Assembly (NCBI GenBank): GCA_963788195.1
Contig: CAWBGA010000001.1
Coordinates: forward strand, 380,949-444,948
Direction: 5' to 3'
DNA length: 64,000 nt
Origin: Nitrospirota bacterium
Lineage (GTDB): Bacteria; Nitrospirota; Nitrospiria; Nitrospirales; NS-4
Part shown: piece by piece, positions 50,422 through 61,034 of the stretch
Layout: every line of letters starts with the position of its first letter
How positions within the stretch are numbered: the stretch's first letter is position 1
The notes under the pieces: model-generated
The model's database searches: none
The model's input: only the letters and a program-made list of their open reading frames with translations
Told to the model about the DNA's origin: nothing
Translations under genes and position numbers: made by a program

Positions 50422-51156
50422 TTAGAAACGACCGTCCATTGTGGCTCTGGCAGAGGGTCTTGCCGGCGCGTCGGGAAAGGGCCGCGTCTCGGCGCGGCTG
50501 GGGTGGGCTGGGTGAAATGAGCCCGACAATAGACGGGCCGCGTCAAATGCCGCTTCCATGTCCGGCATGCTGGCCAGTTCCGGAACTATCTGTAAGTACC
50601 GGATCACATTGATCTTGTCGACGACCATGACGGAACGCGCCAACACATGCATGGAAGGTATCAGTAGTCCGTATGCCCGTCCGAACTCTCCTCCACGGTA
50701 ATCGGAAAGAAATGTGATGTTGGAGATCTTCGCTTCTTCGGCAAACCTTTTTAGGGCGAAGGGGGTGTCAATGCTGACCGTAATGAGTTGGACGGACTGA
50801 TCAAGCGGGCCGATTTTTTCACTCAGATAATGAGTCTGCTGTTCGCAAACCTTTGTATCAACGGACGGCACAATGCTGACGATCCGAACCTTGCCCTGTG
50901 TATCCGCCAGACTCAGGGGTTTCATGTCGGAGGAGGTCAATTTCGCGTCCCGCAGGGACTCGCCGACACGGACGGTGTTGCCTTCAAGTTTCTGCGGCGT
51001 GCCCCTGAAGGCGACAGTGCTGCCCGCGGCGTTCGCTTTCGAGACGGGAAGATCCTTGTAGGAGAACTGGTTCTTCCCCTCCGCGGCGCAGGCTGATAGC
51101 GAGACTACCGTGAGAAAAATACTTGATACACCTCGTAGAAGACGGGAATACCTCAT
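50422..51156 (-). CDS. tpx: Thiol peroxidase Tpx-like, with lipoprotein-like signal and repeat-derived C-terminal tail
   Basis: SIVPSVDT.VC..QT, S.D.PFA..RF, LSDYR...FG..YG, LARSV.VVD. Confidence 0.85.
   Translation of the reverse strand: MRYSRLLRGVSSIFLTVVSLSACAAEGKNQFSYKDLPVSKANAAGSTVAFRGTPQKLEGNTVRVGESLRDAKLTSSDMKPLSLADTQGKVRIVSIVPSVDTKVCEQQTHYLSEKIGPLDQSVQLITVSIDTPFALKRFAEEAKISNITFLSDYRGGEFGRAYGLLIPSMHVLARSVMVVDKINVIRYLQIVPELASMPDMEAAFDAARLLSGSFHPAHPSRAETRPFPDAPARPSARATMDGRF
50471..50520 (-). repeat. Single hairpin element in frame in the tpx 3' end
   Basis: CATTTCACCCAGCCCACCCCA-GCCGCG-CCGAGA-CGCGGC-CCTTTCCCGA. Confidence 0.85.
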
Positions 51157-51214
51157 GCCGTGCCTCCGTTCCGCATGATAGTCGATATAGGTATAGTCCT
51201 TGATCCGGGAAAGG

Positions 51215-52078
51215 TCAAGAATCCGGCCCCGTCAGGAACTCCAAAATCAGGCTGTTTACCACGTCCGGTTGCTCCCACATCGGGAGGTGACCGGCATGTG
51301 GGATTAAGATAAGCCGGGAATCCGGTATCACGCGATGCAAACCTTCGCCGACCGATCGCGGAAAGAACCGATCATTTTCCCCCCATAAAATGAGTGTGGG
51401 CGCCGTGATCTCGTTCAGGCGAGGAGCGAATTGCCGCTCCCATTCATCCGTCTGACAGAGCGAGGACCACAGCGGCCAGGCCTTGCCGTGATCCTTCCGA
51501 AGCCGGTAGGCCCGTTCGATGACGTCCGGCGTGATTTGCCCGGCATCGAACACGATTCCACGCAATAACTTGCGGAAGCCGCGCCGTCCAAGCAACTGGT
51601 AGGCTAGCCCGAAAACAAAGCCCATACCGAGCCGCTTGAACCGCTTGAGGTGCACCGCGCGCGCCTGGTCGAGCACTTGTGCCGGGAACCCCGATATCAA
51701 TACGATGCGGCCCACCTTCTCGGGCCGTATCACCGCCAGTGCCATGATCAAGCCACAGCCCATTGAGTTGCCGATGAAATCAGCCTTCTCGATGCCGACG
51801 GCCTTCATGAACCCCTGTAACCAGTCAAGATAGGTGACGGGGGTGAAGGGGATATGCGGCTTTGCCGACAGCCCGTGACCGAGCAGATCGGGAATATAGA
51901 GGGTAAACCGTTTCCCGAGGCTTGCGATCTGGTGTTCCCAATTCCACATGGCGCCGGCGTACCCGTGCAGAAGCACAAGGGGCGGGCCATCCCCATAGCG
52001 AATAAATGCGGTCTCAAGGTCATTGGCGCGAACGGTCTGAAGCGGGTAGCGGTCGAACGGGGACAGATTTATTTTCAA
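51215..52078 (-). CDS. Alpha/beta fold hydrolase (true start may be lost at the junction)
   Basis: LLHGY, PDLLGHGLS, GNSMG, LWGEND, AGHLP.WEQP. Confidence 0.9.
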   Translation of the reverse strand: MKINLSPFDRYPLQTVRANDLETAFIRYGDGPPLVLLHGYAGAMWNWEHQIASLGKRFTLYIPDLLGHGLSAKPHIPFTPVTYLDWLQGFMKAVGIEKADFIGNSMGCGLIMALAVIRPEKVGRIVLISGFPAQVLDQARAVHLKRFKRLGMGFVFGLAYQLLGRRGFRKLLRGIVFDAGQITPDVIERAYRLRKDHGKAWPLWSSLCQTDEWERQFAPRLNEITAPTLILWGENDRFFPRSVGEGLHRVIPDSRLILIPHAGHLPMWEQPDVVNSLILEFLTGPDS

Positions 52079-52215
52079 AGATTTATTTTCACCAAAATAA
52101 ATCTGTCCCGGATTCTCCGATGACTGGATTAATCGACGCTGACCCCATTTACGGGTCCGCTACCCGCTTCAGACCGTTCGCGCCAATGACCATAGACCCG
52201 CATCTTCCTGCTACG
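52018..52215. other. Fold-back junction between two unrelated DNA segments
   Basis: 52018-52052 is the exact reverse complement of 52157-52191 (35 bp); 16-bp IR 52060-52075/52094-52109; similarity decays by about 52215. Confidence 0.8.
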
Positions 52216-52219
52216 AGGT

Positions 52220-53016
52220 CAACGACCAGCAAACGTTCGCGTCGCGGCCCCAACTGGCGGAAGCGGCGACCGTCAACGCGTCGCACGCTCTCCGTCATTC
52301 AAGAGCGTCCCTTAGGGGGACGCTCTTCACCGCGATGCCGGTCACGATCTTGAGCTCGGTGCCGTCGTCGAGAAGAACACCTGACATGACTTCCATCTAG
52401 CGTCAGCTGCATGGGCCGGTAGCGCTCCCCACGGCGGAACTCGTAGCGTCTCTTCTTGCGCCGGCAGCTCAATGAGGTTGTGACGCTTGAGGAAGCGATA
52501 GATGCTCGAGCAATCGGGGAGAGGATCGACACCTTGGCGGCCGAGCTAATGCAGGATGAGGCCGCGGTCCCAACCGGGATGCTGACACCTAAGCTTGCAG
52601 ATCATCGCCTCGAACTCGGGCGAGAGCTGATGCGAGCAGCGCCGTTGGGACGGGGCGATCTGTCGCGAGAGCCGGGAGACCTCCGGACTCGTAGCGAGCG
52701 ATCCACTTGTGCACTGCCTGGCGCGTTACACCCAGTCGATCGGCCACCTCGGTGACCTTCCAGCCGTCTTGGAGGATGGCCATGACTGCCTGATACGCTG
52801 CTCCATGACGCTCAGCTCCACTAGGTGCACCGCTCACCTCCTAATCCGATCGACTTGGATCAGGAGACCGCGAGGTGTAAACGATCAGCCGGAGCCACTG
52901 TCAACGATCAGCCGAAACACCTGTAAAACATCAGGCGGAGCCGTGTAAACCATCAGGCGGAGCCGTGTAAACGATCAGGTGACGCCGGAGTGTCAAGCAT
53001 CACCCGGAGCACGACA
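52220..53016 (-). mobile_element. IS481-family element B: left end plus error-ridden, truncated 5' transposase
   Basis: End TGTCGTG.. at 53016; HTH YQAVMAILQDGWKVTEVADRLGVTRQAVHKWIARY; six 22-25 bp subterminal repeats at 52876-53016. Confidence 0.8.
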
Positions 53017-53018
53017 AT

Positions 53019-54682
53019 TGTGAAGGTTCACCACCCGTGTCCCAGATTGGCTCCGGTACCTATGCGACACCATGACGGTCCTTCCTGGGCTTGCCTCGTG
53101 GCTGAGCGAGGGCGCCGAACTCCTTGGTGCGGTCGTGACGAGCACGATGGGTCCGGAGCAGCGCCCCGTCAAGGGTGATCTGGACGGTGTCTGAGACGAG
53201 GCGAACGCCGACGGTGGTGCCGACGAATCGTTGCCGACCCGGTAGCCGGTCCCGGCGAAGCTGATCGATCCGTGCTGTCCACGATCCGCAGCACCTCGCC
53301 GCCTTTGGTCGGTTGCGCAGGGCGAGATACCTTGGCCCGCCGATCCATCTTGTCGTCGTCATCGATCAGGTGGCGCCGCGCGTGGGTGGCGACCACGACC
53401 CCGTTGTGGCTGACGTGCAGCAGTCCGTTTGATGACTCGATCGTGACCGCTTCGCCGGCGAGATGGCGGCCGACGTGATAGCGGTGCTTGAGGATGCTGA
53501 TGCGTCCGGCTTAGTCGACCCGGCGAGGATGGCCTTCTTGGCCGGCTGCGGTTTCTCCTCGAGCGCGAGTCGCCGTCGATGACCTCGAGCGACGCCGGTC
53601 GGGCGAGCTCGAAGCGCCTGATGGGAGGCTGGTCACCGAAGGACTGGTGTTCTCGCTCGTTGTTGTAGTCGACGACCCAGACATCGAGGGCTGCCTGCAC
53701 TCCTCGATCGTCTCGAAACTCTTCTCTGAGAAGAACTCCTTGCGCATCGTCTTGTGCAGCCGCTCGATCTTGCCCGTGGTGGTCGGCGAATAGGGGGCGG
53801 TGAGGAGATGACGGATCCCGTTGTTCAGGCAGATGCGGTCGAACAGCACGTTGGCGGGCTTGTGGGCGAGCCTGCCGGTGAAGACCTTGCCGTTGTCGGT
53901 CAGGATCTGCTCGGGGATGCCGTGGGTGTTCAGCGCGTCCAGGAGCGCGTCGCACACCGGTCGGGCCGTGGCTCGAGCGACGAGCTTGGCGATGACGCAG
54001 AAGCGCGAGTGGTCGTCGATGCCGGTCACGACCGAGACCTGGATCCCGTGCTCAGATAGACGCCGCCCATGACGTCGATCTGCCAAAGCTCCATCGAACG
54101 CGATCGCTCCCAGCGCTTGTAGTCGTCGCGCCGGCGTATCCGGGGCTTGGGTTGGATCATACGATGGCGCACGAGACAGCGATAGATTGCAGAGCACGAC
54201 GGGGCCGCTTCCAGCTCTCGCCGTAGCTTGTTCAGGATCGTCCGCGGCCCCCAGCCGGGATGTGCTCTTCGCATCTGGACGATGCGAGCCTCGACCTCGG
54301 GTGCCATCTGGTGCGGACAACGGTCCGGTTTGGAGCTGCTCGTCGGCGAGTGCGCCAAGACCATCGTTGCCGTAGCGCACCAGCCAGCGGTGCAGGGTTC
54401 TGCGGTCGACCCCGTAGCGAATGGCGACGTCCGTGACCGTGGCGCCGTCGAGCACCTCTCTCACGGCGTCGTAGCGTTGCTCAACCATCGAAAGCTCCAC
54501 CAGCATGACGGGATCCTCCTTGGCTCGGTTGAGCACAAGTGATGACCGCATCAGGACCTCGAAGTGGTGGAATTGGTGAGACATAGGTGCCGGAGCCAGT
54601 GTCGCCCAGGAGCCGAAGCCGGGTCGAGTAGTGGGACAGAGGTGCCGGAGCCAATGTGAGACAGAGGTACCGGACTTTCACA
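53019..54682 (-). mobile_element. IS481-family element A, complete, with 43-bp imperfect TIRs and 16-bp flanking direct repeat
   Basis: TIRs begin TGTGAA (33/43 identical); CCCGGAGCACGACAAT at 53003-53018 and 54683-54698. Confidence 0.9.
53060..54506 (-). CDS. IS481-family DDE transposase with long C-terminal extension (frameshifted)
   Basis: VELSMVEQRY..V.EV, LWQIDV, GIDDHSRF, ILTDNGKVF, PYSPTTTGKIERLH, YNNEREHQS. Confidence 0.9.
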
Positions 54683-54704
54683 CCCGGAGCACGACAATTA
54701 GTCC

Positions 54705-54752
54705 GCGCGCCCGGAGGGATTCGAACCCCCGACCCTCGGATTAGAAGTCCGA
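54705..54752 (-). tRNA. 3' half of tRNA-Arg(TCT): displaced att-site fragment, not an intact gene
   Basis: TCGGA-CTTCTAA-TCCGA anticodon arm, GGGGG-TTCGAAT-CCCTC T-arm, acceptor 3' strand; no D-arm upstream. Confidence 0.85.
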
Positions 54753-54822
54753 ATCGCGGGTACCTTTCTCCTGCTCCTTTCCGGCAAATCCCTGGTCAGG
54801 GGCTATGTGGGGAGGGCAAGAG

Positions 54823-54871
54823 TGGACACCGCTGGACAGTTTGGACACGGCCTCGCTCCATGTTTGCTCCA
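54823..54871 (+). promoter_or_regulatory. Putative Xis/integrase arm-type repeats next to att
   Basis: TGGACA x3 (54823, 54833, 54842) and GCTCCA x2 (54855, 54866). Confidence 0.5.
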
Positions 54872-55399
54872 CGCGTAGATGTACACGTCGGATGTTGCGG
54901 GTCGCGAAAACGGCCTGTCGCTCAATACAGTAGGGCTCTTAGCCCGCAAGAGGCGAGCGGTGACCTGTCGCACACCGTCCATCCTACTTTCCGCGCTGGC
55001 CGTCAGACCATAGAGTCATGGAGCATGAGGCTTGCTCCAATGAGACAACCTAAAGATCAATTCTGCCTTCTTCTCGCGCCAGGCCTGAATCAAAGGACAG
55101 CTCGCCGCGGAAGGATCAGCAAAGGGTTCAGTCGACAACGGAGCTTCACCTCCGGCTAGAGGTGCCATGACCGACGCCTTACGAGATGATGTGGTCTCCT
55201 CTTCCTGATCTGTTTCCAGCCGATACCGAAAGGCACAAGGAATGCAATCAATATAACACCGAGGGGTATGATTGCTCACGCGACACCTCTTATCGTTCTC
55301 ACTACGTTCCTCATCGGATGCGTTTTCCATCCTAGCTATCGGCTTACAGTCGTGGCTTCCTGCTAAGGGTTTCTGACTGGTCGCGTCGGGGGTGAACTC

Positions 55400-56257
55400 G
55401 GCGGTCAACGTTTGATTGACGTCGCGACACAACCTAGGCTCACTGCCGTAACCGGGAAGCTGGTCCTGGAATTGCTTCTGAAGTGGAACACAAACAAATT
55501 CAGACTTAGGGCCGTATTTGCAAACCTTCCTAACGCGTAGATCCTCCGTCTTCAGTCTAATGACGTCTCGCTTTTTTGATCGCAACATGCTGACCCAGTT
55601 GCCATCGTTCCCGCCGAGGTATGTCCGTACCAGACTATTTCGCGAACCGACTCCCCCACCAATTCGCTTTTCGGGACTGACTTCTCTACCGACTCCCCCT
55701 TGGCGTACACCACCTCTTTAGGTATCCATACATTTTCGTCAATAATGACTGCGGTCGAGAAGGATAGTGACCAGACCAAGAAATGTTAGCACATTGAGCA
55801 GGCGTGCTTGAGGTACAGCATGACGCACGTGCAAGAAACAGGTAACGTATCCGATTCCAAGTGTCAACAAGTATGCCCACCAGTCGTGCCGAGTTGCGCA
55901 AAACAACACAATCGTGAATGACCAGAGCATCGCCCGCAAGAATCGACTGCTTATACGTCTGCTAGTTGTCGAAAGCAACAGTTGGATCCATAGGCCAACT
56001 ATCACGGCTAAGAAGAGCGGATAGGGATGAGATAGGAGCAGACCAAAGAGAACCGACTCCGCGCTAACCGAGTTCGCAACCGCCAACATTGTCGTAACGG
56101 AGTAATCGCTAATGACTGCAATCTTAACCAGAGCGAGCATGATCGTCAAAGCCGCGCCTATCAGCGTGGGGTGGACCCCGGCCCAGGGTATAGATCCCTG
56201 CCGGCAAGGCGTGCGGTTCGCCTCTGACTTCTCAATTGGTAGGGCTAGTCTCTTCAT
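55400..56257 (-). CDS. Hypothetical membrane protein (frameshifted; end approximate)
   Basis: Several hydrophobic segments in ORF 55739-56257 continuing into ORFs 55552 and 55016. Confidence 0.4.
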
Positions 56258-57098
56258 CTCAGCCCAGGTCCGAAGGGAGGAGATACCAGCTTTTTCGACG
56301 CTTCAGCTCTATGCGACCTCTGACCCCCGATGGGATGACCATAGATCGATACTTACACGCTTCAAGTTGCTGCTTCCCGCTCGGAAATCCAGCGGGTTTA
56401 TGGAAACCATCGCCTCAAACAACACCTACGAGCATCCGACAACCATTCTCGGTTTCCCCGCAGGACCTTCTCGAGCCATAGATCAGTGCCATTCAGGCCG
56501 GCTCCTTCTCGGGTATCGATCGCCGGTGAGCTTCTTGGTCGCAGTTACGAGAAGCTCACCAAACCGCTCAGCGGGCGGAACCCTTCATCCTCAAGCAAGA
56601 GGAGGGAGGTCGGGCCCACTTATGAGGAAGTGTCGACTCTGGTTTGGGCAGGGACTGTGCTCTAATAGCCGATAACAACTAGGACAGCTAGACAAGGCAA
56701 GTGGGGATACGCAGATGGAGGATAGCGAAAACTCACTAGGGAGTCCAAGCGCCAACGTCCGGGCGGAGGCTAATCAAGCATGACGAGTCGACCTAGTCCT
56801 CTACATCGGCGAATGCGCCTGTTGAGATTCGACGGAAGCGTATGCAAGAAACCTTAGACAACTCGTCGGCTCTCATCGCGAAAGCGAGCGAGAACTAGAA
56901 CCCACGATCAGAGTGGTACTGCATCGGCACTAACCAAGAATAACGCTAGAGGAGCCGGCTGTGTGAGGAGTTCGTAGTTTGCCACGCTCCGAAGAGTGAG
57001 CGTGTCGCTGTCGGTGATGGGTCAGGTTCCCGGCGTCCCCAACTTTTGTTCGCGATCACTTTCAGGGGCGAGGATGTGCGAAGAAGAGGTCAGCACGA

Positions 57099-57930
57099 TC
57101 ATGATTCCGGCAGCGGAGTTAGCATGAGGGGCGCTGGTGCCGGCAGGGCAATATCGCAATCACTGGCCATCAAAGGGCCATATGAGTGGAAACAGCTTTG
57201 GACAAGAATACCCTTCTCAGCACGGGTACGGACTTCATAGAGATCTCGGCCCTTGACGAACCAAGACACAGCAAAAGCGTAGACCGAGACGACCTCTCCT
57301 ACAAAGAGCGGCGTGAATGGGCCAATCTGCAGCGGGAGAAATGCACCCAGTGCGACCCATAGAATAGCCGCAAGGATCACGTATCCACAGATACGGTGGA
57401 TACGTGCACAAACCATACATTTCGGCATCACGCTCACTTGGAGCGAATACTCGAAGGCAAATCGCTGCGAGCGCCAGGATGAAGATCCCGGCGCAAATGA
57501 AGTGAGCTGTTGCCACGCACGTATTTCCCAATCGTCTGCTGTAATTGTGTGCAGTCCTCTGGCTTTGGGAGTGTATCCGGGCCGCACAGCGGGTCCTTTG
57601 CGTCGATACGTTTTGTGGTAGAAACGCCACACCGAGCGCCGCGTACCCTGCGATGGAACTCAGCCGGTAGCCTTGCGGTTTTTTCTTTTCTCTCCGACGA
57701 GGTAGGTAATTAGCAGGAATCCCGTAACGGACAACGCTGCCACGAAAAGATCGCGTGCCCCCGTATGGTAGTAAGCGCTCAGCGACCCCTTTACTAATAT
57801 CCCGCCTTTGAATAGGAACCTGTCAAGCACTATCAATGTGGTTGGAAGCGCAAAACCGATTCCTCCTACCAACACTCTGATAAACAGGTAGGTACGAGCG
57901 TAGATTGTCTTGTACCGGTCGTTTTCCCGG
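57099..57930 (-). CDS. Multi-pass membrane protein (frameshifted; ends approximate)
   Basis: LVGGIGFALP..., SLSAYYHT.ARDLFV, later TM segments ending GE.VSV.AF.VSWFVKG. Confidence 0.55.
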
Positions 57931-58205
57931 CCCTAGGGACCGCGGGGGTCTATCAGGTGAAGTGGTTGTTCATTCTTCCCCCATACACCTGTGTAACGCC
58001 ACAGTGAGTCACGAGTATTCGGCGGCGTTCTGATCCCTCCGACTTGGGTTCGAGCATGCACAAGGCCACAGTTGCCGTCAATGCCTTGCAGGCTGTGCTC
58101 TACCAGTTGCCAACTCCCGATCATTTCTCGTCCCCCCGTTGACCTCTCATTCGGGCAGCGGAGGGGGTGAGGGGACGCTTGGAGGAGAAGGTGTAGGCAC
58201 CACGG

Positions 58206-58817
58206 TCAGCTCACAACTACGAAGCTTCTCTCCATTTGTGCACAGGTCCTGACCGGCCCCTCCGATGAGGAGATCCTTAAGGGGCCGCCGTCCAGTAGAT
58301 CATTACCGTCACTGCCGCTGATGCGGTCACGTCCCAGTCCGCCGGTGAGCAGATCGTCACCGGGACCTCCGCTCATGCGGTCATTGCCATCGAGACCAAA
58401 AAGGCCATCTGCTCCCACGCCGCCAAACATTCCTGTCGTTGTCTCGTACACCGTCAACGCTGCCGAAAAGAAAGTCCTCCCCTTCGGCTCCCGAAAGCCG
58501 GTCGTTACCGTCGTCAGCAGTTTCCGCCTCAGGGTCGAGAAAGTCATTGCCTCCGTTACCGCAGATGAGAATTCATTGCCAGGACCCCCATTGAGCTCGT
58601 CGTCTCCTTCGAGTCCTTTGATGACATCCTTTGCATTGGAACCGGTGATTACATTCCCTTCTGCAGTTCCCGCCTCGGTAGCGTGCTTGCCAAGGCAGCT
58701 GGTTGCTGGCTGAGCAAGTGACTGCGATCGGGGGGCGTCGGCTGTCGCAACTAGAACTACTGCGAGGATGATCATTCCGGCAGCCGCATAAGTCTGTTGG
58801 CGCCTACGCTCGTCCAT
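58206..58817 (-). CDS. Secreted RTX/hemolysin-type calcium-binding repeat protein (frameshifted)
   Basis: Signal peptide, CLGKHAT..GT, repeated GGxGxDxL nonapeptides. Confidence 0.75.
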   Translation of the reverse strand: MDERRRQQTYAAAGMIILAVVLVATADAPRSQSLAQPATSCLGKHATEAGTAEGNVITGSNAKDVIKGLEGDDELNGGPGNEFSSAVTEAMTFSTLRRKLLTTVTTGFREPKGRTFFSAALTVYETTTGMFGGVGADGLFGLDGNDRMSGGPGDDLLTGGLGRDRISGSDGNDLLDGGPLRISSSEGPVRTCAQMERSFVVVS

Positions 58818-59355
58818 GTGCCCTCCCTTGCTCCCACGAGCCATTCATGTCCTTCGGTCGCTTGTTGTGCCAGCTCAAAGGGGTGCCGCTCTCTAGGTTG
58901 CGCAATAATCCACCGAGATTTCTCCGCCTGGCACACGTTGGAAGTACGTTCCCGCATAAGACAAGTCGAAGCTTGACCAATTCGAGCCGTCCCACCATGC
59001 GTAATAGATTGCAAGGATGTGGTATCCGGGGGCCAATCTGAAATGGAAATCCACAGCTGTTAACGTGGAAAGCTCCAGGACCCTGCCAGTTAGTCGGAGC
59101 GTACACGTCAGTGATTGCGCCAGAGGGGAAGATGTCATGGACCAGTGGTAAGAAAGCAATGAACTGCCGTTGGAAACCTGGTTGTGGTCCTGCTACTCCG
59201 GTCCATGTTACCGTGCCCGGATCCGTGCCGATTAGTCGAAAGGGTAGGTTAGTGCAGTGCCCCACAGGCCTTTGGTGCTCTCCTGGTTGGGTTCCTGTCT
59301 GACCCTCATGTGCAGTAGACATTCCGGGGATAAGCAATATCTGAGCCAAGCACAA
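58804..59355 (-). CDS. Hypothetical, probably secreted protein
   Basis: 183-aa ORF with hydrophobic N terminus; probable frameshift into ORF 58893. Confidence 0.35.
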   Translation of the reverse strand: MCLAQILLIPGMSTAHEGQTGTQPGEHQRPVGHCTNLPFRLIGTDPGTVTWTGVAGPQPGFQRQFIAFLPLVHDIFPSGAITDVYAPTNWQGPGAFHVNSCGFPFQIGPRIPHPCNLLRMVGRLELVKLRLVLCGNVLPTCARRRNLGGLLRNLESGTPLSWHNKRPKDMNGSWEQGRAHGRA

Positions 59356-60329
59356 GACACGACGAGCCAGCTACGACGCTTGATTGTCATTCCTTCCCCC
59401 TGACCTTGGCAGGTCCCACCAACCCAAGCCTTGTATGTGCTTGGTTCGGCTCTGCTTGTATGACAAGTTTTATCCCTCCGCGCAGTATATTGTCGACTAC
59501 TTTGGCACAGACGGATTTGGAGCGAAGAACGTTAGTGGATGACGGTTGGGGCTCCGTCGACGAAAGACAGCGCCTCCCCTTCGACTCAACGCCATGGAGG
59601 CTCTCGGCTATCCCAAATGGGCCCCGCGGCACTTCCCCCGAGGCTTGACACGAAAAAAACACGACGGTCTTCAGCTCGAAGACGCAGATAGGACGAGGCA
59701 CGAGAAACGCTTCCGGGCTATTCGAGCAGGCGTTGGAACTCTTGCGGCGGACAAGGCTGTGGCGGCCCACTCAGCGAGCACAACTCGCTGACGTCTGAGG
59801 ATGTGCAGGTGAGAGGTTATATCGAGCCGGGGAGGGGAGATCGAACCCCTGAGCTGCTCATTACGAGGCATGCGGGCGTGAACACTGTGCTCACTAGGGA
59901 AAAGGCAGATGAGATCGGAGCAGATCATCCGTAGTTATCCGGTTAGATCAGGGCCTCATTCAGCCCGCTTCGGCAGCGGCCTGCAGGGTGCTGGAAATCC
60001 GAGGGAGTAGCCTCCTCCCTCACTAGGCTTGTGAGTATCCGAATAACTCATTTAGGAGCTACCGAGATGGACCGCCAAGCGATCTTGCAGCGGAACTACA
60101 ACCGCCCGGGCCAAGTTCCACCGCTCCTGTGCCCAAAGTGCGGCAGCCGTGAGGACGTTTCACTCAACAGGATTCCTCTATGGCAGGGAGGAGCAGCTGT
60201 TACCGCATCGATCACATCCGTTGCTCAAATCCAAGGTGCGAGACTAACCAGGTATCCCTCTCTAGCAGGATATTTGATTCGAGCTTGAAGGTGGCCGGCT
60301 GATGGCGACCTGTTCAAGGGAGTAAGGTC

Positions 60330-61034
60330 ATGGGCTTCTTGGAGAAAGGCGACGCCAGGTTATCCAGTTTTCAAGCTGAGATCGTCGAGGCGACAGCCGA
60401 ATTCATGCCCGCTGGCGAGCAGATCATTGTCCGCGTTCACACGTTTACCACCATGAGGGCTGTCGGAATAAGCCTAAACTTCTCGACCGCCGCTGAAACA
60501 GCTGCCAGTACGCTCGACCTGGTGGGAGCGGGAGCAACGATGGTGGACACAAAAATACTTCTCGTGACCGTCACGGATAGTTCCGTTGTTGTATGCCAGA
60601 AAGGTCGCCTCGCAGCAATCGGTAAGTGGAGGCACATCATCACGGCGCCGCGGGAGTTTGTGAGCGTTACGAAGTTCAAAAAGGGACTTGCGAATATTTA
60701 TTTGGACTTCATTGTCGAAGGAAACAAGTTCAGCATTTGGAGAAGCCGAGTGGGGGGAAAAAGGGTTCCCTTCTCTACTTCGACGCCCTCAACGACGCCA
60801 TCACTAATCCCCCTTCGAAGCAACCCGATCTCGCTGCTACACCACATTCGCCGCTTGAGAAATTGGACTTCCATTTCAGGGGGTTACCCGGCGACTCTTC
60901 GAGGTCGGAGGAGTCCCCGAAGCATCGGGGACCAGAGGTGGAAGCGCCGCCCAAGGCAGAAATCATCGTTGTTCGAGACTTCCGCAATCGAGGTAAAGAC
61001 ACTTAGAAGGGTGAGGCTGCGTTGCAGATCTTAG
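60330..61034 (+). CDS. Hypothetical protein
   Basis: GGAG RBS, 234-aa ORF; C terminus probably out of frame. Confidence 0.5.
   Translation: MGFLEKGDARLSSFQAEIVEATAEFMPAGEQIIVRVHTFTTMRAVGISLNFSTAAETAASTLDLVGAGATMVDTKILLVTVTDSSVVVCQKGRLAAIGKWRHIITAPREFVSVTKFKKGLANIYLDFIVEGNKFSIWRSRVGGKRVPFSTSTPSTTPSLIPLRSNPISLLHHIRRLRNWTSISGGYPATLRGRRSPRSIGDQRWKRRPRQKSSLFETSAIEVKTLRRVRLRCRS

Noticed and set aside
52876..53016. CRISPR array or plasmid iterons
   Set aside because: The repeats abut without spacers and end at an IS terminus.
54705..54752. Functional tRNA gene
   Set aside because: The 5' acceptor strand and D-arm are missing.
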